From an uncultured Sphingomonadaceae bacterium (GTDB lineage Bacteria; Pseudomonadota; Alphaproteobacteria; Sphingomonadales; Sphingomonadaceae), in NCBI GenBank assembly GCA_964483275.1, contig CAZACH010000001.1, positions 1-36,472 of the forward strand: a stretch of 36,472 bases of DNA. The letters run 5' to 3'. Position numbers and translations under genes: made by a program. Positions within the stretch are counted from its first letter, which is position 1. Every line of letters starts with the position of its first letter. Shown here piece after piece: positions 32,728-36,472 of this stretch. Below the pieces are notes generated by a model that worked only from the letters and a program-made list of their open reading frames with translations, ran no database searches and was not told the origin of the DNA.

Positions 32728-33687
32728 ATGCTGCTGCACGAAGACCTTCCGCACACCATCCCCGCCCGCGCCTGGCTGCGCTGGAAGGAAAATTACTTCT
32801 GGGTCTTCATGGACCCGGAGCGCGACATCTGCTGCCTGGCCCATTGCACGGCCGAACCGACCTTCGAGCGCGCCTTCGCCTCGTTCACGGTGATGCACAA
32901 GGGCAAGAACATCGTCAGCGCCCGCGAGGTGCCGATGCCCTCGCCGTTCGAGGGGGCCAGCGAACTTCACTATGGCGGCCTGACGCTTCGCTTCCTTGAG
33001 CCGCAGAAAAGCTTCCAGGTCACTTACGAGGACGACGTGGTTTCGGCCCGGCTCGACTTTTCGGCGCGGCTGCATCTGTTCGACTTCATGGCCTGCACCG
33101 ACGTCAATCCCGACCAGTTCTCGGTTTCGGAGAATACCGCGCTCGAGCGCAATTCATTCCGTCACCAGGCCCAGTGCATGACGGCGACCGGCAACGTCAC
33201 CTTCAAGAGCGGGGAGTTCGCGGGCACCTCGGTCGACGTCGACGGCACCGGCTATCGCGACCATAGCTGGGGGATGCGCAACGACCAGATGACGCTGTCG
33301 CACAACTGGTCCTTCTTCAACTTCCCGAGCATGGGCTTCCACCTTTTCACCGTGCGCAACGTCGTGCGCCCGGAAAACAGCACGGCGGAAGGCTATGTCG
33401 CGGTGCCGGCCGGCAATCAGGTCATCAAGTCGCTGAAGATCGAGAATGTCGGCGAGGGGCCGGAGGGCATGCCGGACAAGGTGATCTATCGCGCCGTCGC
33501 CTATGACGGCACGCCCTATACGCTGGTCGCCGATGTCGGCAACGCCTTCGCCCGCCTGCCGCTTCAGGGGCAGAAGCCCGGCAGCAAGATCTATTATAAT
33601 GTCGAGAATATGTGCCGCGTCCATTGCGAGGAGACCGGCGAGCACGGCTTCGCGAACGTCGAAATCGGGCATCTGGCGGACGCATGA
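32728..33687 (+). CDS. Hypothetical protein (function unknown; possible beta-rich hydratase/lipocalin-like fold)
   Basis: ORF 32620..33687 trimmed to ATG 32728 (GGAG 10 nt upstream). 319 aa, soluble, rich in aromatic residues and beta-strand-like segments. Conspicuous GTGYRDHSWGMRND motif. I cannot assign a named family with confidence. Confidence 0.6.
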   Translation: MLLHEDLPHTIPARAWLRWKENYFWVFMDPERDICCLAHCTAEPTFERAFASFTVMHKGKNIVSAREVPMPSPFEGASELHYGGLTLRFLEPQKSFQVTYEDDVVSARLDFSARLHLFDFMACTDVNPDQFSVSENTALERNSFRHQAQCMTATGNVTFKSGEFAGTSVDVDGTGYRDHSWGMRNDQMTLSHNWSFFNFPSMGFHLFTVRNVVRPENSTAEGYVAVPAGNQVIKSLKIENVGEGPEGMPDKVIYRAVAYDGTPYTLVADVGNAFARLPLQGQKPGSKIYYNVENMCRVHCEETGEHGFANVEIGHLADA

Positions 33688-34649
33688 ACGGCACCGGCCT
33701 TCCCCAGCCGCTCGACCGGCTGCGACTGCCGGTGATCGGGGCGCCGATGTTCCTGATCTCGGGGCCGGAGCTGGTCATCGCCCAGTGCAAGGCGGGGATC
33801 GTCGGCGCGATGCCGGCGCTCAACGCGCGGCCGGCCGAACAGCTCGACGACTGGCTCCACCAGATCCGCGAGGAGCTGGCGGCCTGGGACCGCGCGCATC
33901 CCGACCGGCCCGCCGCGCCCTTCGCCATCAACCAGATCGTCTATCACACCAACGACCGGCTGGAGGCGGACATGGCCCTGTGCGAGAAGCACCGGGTGCC
34001 GATCATCATCTCCTCGCTGGGCGCGCGTGAGGACGTCAATGTCGCGGCGCATCGCTGGGGCGGCATCGTGCTGCACGACGTCATCAACGACCGCTTCGCG
34101 CGCAAGGCGATCGAAAAGGGCGCCGACGGGCTGGTGGCGGTGGCGAGCGGCGCGGGCGGCCATGCCGGCCGCACCTCGCCCTTCGCGCTGATCCAGGAAA
34201 TCCGCGCCTGGTTCGCCGGGCCGCTCGCCCTTTCCGGCGCGATCGCCACCGGCGGGGCGATCCTTGCCGCGCAGGCGATGGGCGCCGACCTCGCCTATGT
34301 CGGCTCGGCCTTCATCGCGACGGAGGAGGCGCGGGCAAGCGACATCTACAAGCAGGGCATCGTCAGCGGGCGCGCCGACGACATCCTCTACACCGACCTG
34401 TTCACCGGGGTTCACGGCAATTACCTGCGCGCCTCGATCGTCGCCGCCGGCCTCGATCCCGACAATCTTCCGCCACGGCTCGACGGGGGCACCAGCTTCG
34501 GCGGCGGCAGCAAGGCGTGGCGCGACATCTGGGGCGCCGGCCAGGGCATCGGCGCGATCGACCGGGTGGAGCCGGCGGCGGCGCGGATCGCCGCGTTCAG
34601 CGCCCAGTATGACGCGGCGCGGGCACGCCTTCTGAAAGGCGCCGCATGA
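33684..34649 (+). CDS. Nitronate monooxygenase / 2-nitropropane dioxygenase-family FMN oxidoreductase
   Basis: ORF 33612..34649 trimmed to ATG 33684, which overlaps the upstream stop (ATGA). LRLPVIGAPMFLISGPELVIAQCKAGIVGAMP, GADGLVAVASGAGGHAG, GADLAYVGSAFIAT: a TIM-barrel NMO-family pattern. Confidence 0.85.
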   Translation: MNGTGLPQPLDRLRLPVIGAPMFLISGPELVIAQCKAGIVGAMPALNARPAEQLDDWLHQIREELAAWDRAHPDRPAAPFAINQIVYHTNDRLEADMALCEKHRVPIIISSLGAREDVNVAAHRWGGIVLHDVINDRFARKAIEKGADGLVAVASGAGGHAGRTSPFALIQEIRAWFAGPLALSGAIATGGAILAAQAMGADLAYVGSAFIATEEARASDIYKQGIVSGRADDILYTDLFTGVHGNYLRASIVAAGLDPDNLPPRLDGGTSFGGGSKAWRDIWGAGQGIGAIDRVEPAAARIAAFSAQYDAARARLLKGAA

Positions 34650-35548
34650 CGGACACATCGAACCCGCCGGACTTTCGCTATGAGGTCGGCGATCATATCG
34701 CGGTGATCCGGTTCGACCGGCCCGACAAGCTCAACGCCTTCACCCGGACGATGGCGATGGACCTTGTCGGCCTGATCGACCGGGCCGACAATGACGACAC
34801 CGTCCGCGCCCTCATCCTGACCGGCGAGGGCCGCGCCTTCTGCGCCGGAGCGGACCTTTCCTCGGAAGGGTCGAGCCTGTCGGGCAAGGCCGCGCCGGCG
34901 CCCACCCCGCTGAAGGCGGACGGCTCGATCGACTGGTCCGATGAATCGACCCGCGACTTCGGCGGCTTCATCACGCTGCGCCTGTTCGACTGCCGCAAGC
35001 CGGTGATCGTCGCCTTCAACGGGGCCGCCGCCGGCATGGGCGTGACCATGGCGCTGGCGGCGGATTTCCGCATCGCCTCCACCTCCGCCAAGTTCGCCCT
35101 GCCTTTCGTGCGCCGGGGCATCGTGCCGGAATCGGCGTCGAGCTGGTTCCTGCCGCATATCGTCGGGATCACGCGCGCGCTCGACTGGACGCTGACCGGC
35201 CGCACCTTCGCCGCGCCCGAAGCGCTCGACGCCGGGCTGGTGAGCGCCCTGCACGAGCCTGACGCGCTGATGCCCGCCGCCCTCGCCATCGCGCGCGGCA
35301 TCGCGGACAACGCCGCGCCGGTGTCCGTCGCGCTGACCCGCCAGATGCTCTGGCGGATGATGAGCGCGGATCATCCGATGGCCGCGCATCGCATCGAAAG
35401 CCGCGGCATTTTCAGCCGCGCCCGCGCCCGCGACGTCAAGGAAGGCGTCGCCAGCTTCATCGAAAAGCGCGCACCCGATTTCGCCGACCGGGTGTCCACC
35501 GACATGCCCGATTTTTTCCCCTGGTGGGACGAACCCGGGTTTCGCTGA
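34646..35548 (+). CDS. Enoyl-CoA hydratase/isomerase (crotonase) family protein
   Basis: 300 aa. Start overlaps the upstream stop (ATGA). IAVIRFDRPDKLNAF, ALILTGEGRAFCAGADL, PVIVAFNGAAAGMGVTMALAADFRIA, DVKEGVASFIEKRAPDF. It has an unusual roughly 35-aa insert after the oxyanion-hole segment and a C-terminal extension ...DMPDFFPWWDEPGFR. Confidence 0.9.
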   Translation: MTDTSNPPDFRYEVGDHIAVIRFDRPDKLNAFTRTMAMDLVGLIDRADNDDTVRALILTGEGRAFCAGADLSSEGSSLSGKAAPAPTPLKADGSIDWSDESTRDFGGFITLRLFDCRKPVIVAFNGAAAGMGVTMALAADFRIASTSAKFALPFVRRGIVPESASSWFLPHIVGITRALDWTLTGRTFAAPEALDAGLVSALHEPDALMPAALAIARGIADNAAPVSVALTRQMLWRMMSADHPMAAHRIESRGIFSRARARDVKEGVASFIEKRAPDFADRVSTDMPDFFPWWDEPGFR

Positions 35549-35666
35549 ACATATCGCGGGCGCCTTTACTGTCCTCCGCCCCGTCAACGGTGCTGCAATT
35601 AGGCAACAGCATCGGCCAATTCAGCGGCCATACACCCATGAGCGCCGCCCGCTGCTTCCGAAATGC

Positions 35667-35694
35667 TTGACGCTTGCCTCGGGAAGAATATGGT
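35667..35694 (+). promoter_or_regulatory. Sigma-70-like promoter candidate upstream of the second TonB receptor
   Basis: TTGACG (35667-35672), a 16-bp spacer, then TATGGT (35689-35694). This would leave a leader of about 215 nt before ATG 35911. Pattern match only. Confidence 0.2.
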
Positions 35695-35910
35695 TTGCCG
35701 ACATACAGATATGGTGCCAGCCCATCATCGGGAAATGGGCAGCCGCGACGACAGGTCGAGGAGGGTGATGGCGAGGTAAAGTCTCGAAAAGACCACAAAA
35801 TCCAGTGCCGCCCATTATTCGTCCGCCATCTTTTCAGGCGGCGCCGCCTCCTATGGATATCGGCGAATGGCGGCGGCCAAAGCACATGAAGATCAATCAG
35901 GGAGATTGCC

Positions 35911-36472
35911 ATGACAGCGTTTATATTGCCCAGCAGCAAGTCAAAAACCGGACGCCGCTTCATGCTCGGCGCCAGCCTTGGCGGTGTTGCCCTGCTGGCG
36001 CTCACCGCCGCCACCGCGGCCCACGCCCAGACCGACCCCACGGACTCGCAGGCCACGGGCGCTTCCTCCGGCCTGCAGGAAATCGTCGTCACCGCGCAGA
36101 AGCGCGCCCAGAACGTGCAGGACACCCCGCTGTCGGTCACGGCCGTATCCGGCGAAACGCTCACCGCGCAGGGCATCACGACGGTTCAGGAATTGAACCG
36201 CGTCGATCCGGCGTTGCAGATCGGCATGGCGACCGGCACGGTCACGACCTTCATTCGCGGCATCGGCAACCCGGTCACCACGGCCGGTAACGAGGCGAGC
36301 GTTCCGGTCTATATCGACGATGTCTATTTCATCCGTGCGGCGGCGCCCTTTTTCGACCTCGCGAGCGTCGACCGGGTCGAGGTGCTGAAGGGCCCGCAGG
36401 GCACGCTGTTCGGCCGTAACGCATCTGGCGGCGTCATCTCGATCTACACGAAGGATCCGAGCCAGACGCCGG
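35911..36472 (+). CDS. TonB-dependent outer-membrane receptor (partial; N-terminal signal peptide and plug only)
   Basis: Not in the ORF track because it runs off the right edge. Hand translation from ATG 35911 (SD GGAGA 5 nt upstream): MTAFILPSSKSKTGRRFMLGASLGGVALLALTAATAAHAQ... LQEIVVTAQKRAQNVQDTPLSVTAVSGETL ... VEVLKGPQGTLFGRNASGGVISIYTKDP. These are the classic plug motifs. Confidence 0.9.
   Translation, partial: MTAFILPSSKSKTGRRFMLGASLGGVALLALTAATAAHAQTDPTDSQATGASSGLQEIVVTAQKRAQNVQDTPLSVTAVSGETLTAQGITTVQELNRVDPALQIGMATGTVTTFIRGIGNPVTTAGNEASVPVYIDDVYFIRAAAPFFDLASVDRVEVLKGPQGTLFGRNASGGVISIYTKDPSQTP

Noticed and set aside
33594-35587. Minus-strand ORFs 33594..34658 (354 aa) and 34421..35587 (388 aa)
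   Set aside because: These are shadows of the NMO-family and crotonase genes. They have no motifs and an Arg/Gly/Ala-rich composition.
35689-35830. Possible cobalamin riboswitch in the leader of the second TonB receptor (GGTGCC...GGGAAA...AAAATCCAGTGCCGCCC)
   Set aside because: Only scattered fragments resemble the consensus. The spacing between the GGGAA and AAAATCC elements is about 50 nt too long, and no B12 box is seen. Left as a low-interest item to be settled by an Rfam scan.
1-36472. Search for defence systems, CRISPR arrays, prophage, toxin-antitoxin pairs, and rRNA, tRNA or tmRNA genes
   Set aside because: I found no short direct-repeat arrays with spacers, no nuclease, helicase or methylase-like proteins, no phage structural genes, no small paired ORFs of toxin-antitoxin type, and no cloverleaf-like or rRNA-like stretches. 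Every sizeable gene is metabolic, transport or regulatory.

Overview
High-GC (about two-thirds G+C by eye, not computed) chromosomal segment. It is most likely from an alphaproteobacterium of the Sphingomonadales. The grounds are two TonB-dependent receptors, the codon style, and two copies of the GTCCTGAGCCTGTCGAAGGAC-type REP palindrome that I associate with that order (recollection, not a search). I support 33 protein-coding genes. Two are missing from the ORF track because they run off the window edges: a P450 at the left edge and a TonB-dependent receptor at the right. I saw no rRNA, tRNA, CRISPR array, transposase, integrase or phage genes.

The window is a dense, multi-regulator catabolic supercluster with one TetR, one AraC and two MarR regulators. 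Its enzyme families are typical of actinobacterial lipid, alicyclic or steroid-like catabolism, but they are wired to Gram-negative uptake genes (two TonB receptors, two paralogous MFS permeases).

Inferred transcription units:
- P450 (-, ..1097)
- TetR, kinase-fold protein, small partner, SDR, DapB-like oxidoreductase, sulfotransferase (+, 1232-6534)
- TonB receptor, ACAD (-, 10421-6734)
- leader ORF?, MFS, carboxylic acid reductase (+, 10725-15689)
- ACAD alpha, ACAD beta / cupin, GMC oxidoreductase, Rieske ferredoxin, VOC / SDR, AraC (-, 23179-15729)
- thioesterase II (+)
- Rieske oxygenase alpha / MarR, MFS, crotonase, NTF2-like (-, 29189-24374)
- second kinase-fold protein (+)
- MarR, LEH-like (-)
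- SDR, unknown, NMO-family flavoenzyme, crotonase (+, 31914-35548)
- TonB receptor (+, 35911..)

Most noteworthy:
- A bona fide actinobacterial-type carboxylic acid reductase (A-PCP-R) in a TonB/MFS/AraC module.
- An operon pairing a kinase-fold protein, its overlapping small partner and a PAPS-type sulfotransferase next to a P450. It resembles the lvaAB/ACAD10-11 phosphorylate-then-eliminate logic, but the kinase catalytic loop is degenerate.
- A possible fission/fusion relationship between that small partner and the N-terminus of the second kinase-fold protein.
- An alpha/beta ACAD pair in which one member lacks both possible catalytic glutamates.
- Three long perfect inverted repeats at operon boundaries.

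All family calls rest on motif recognition by eye and memory. No database search, HMM or statistic was run.
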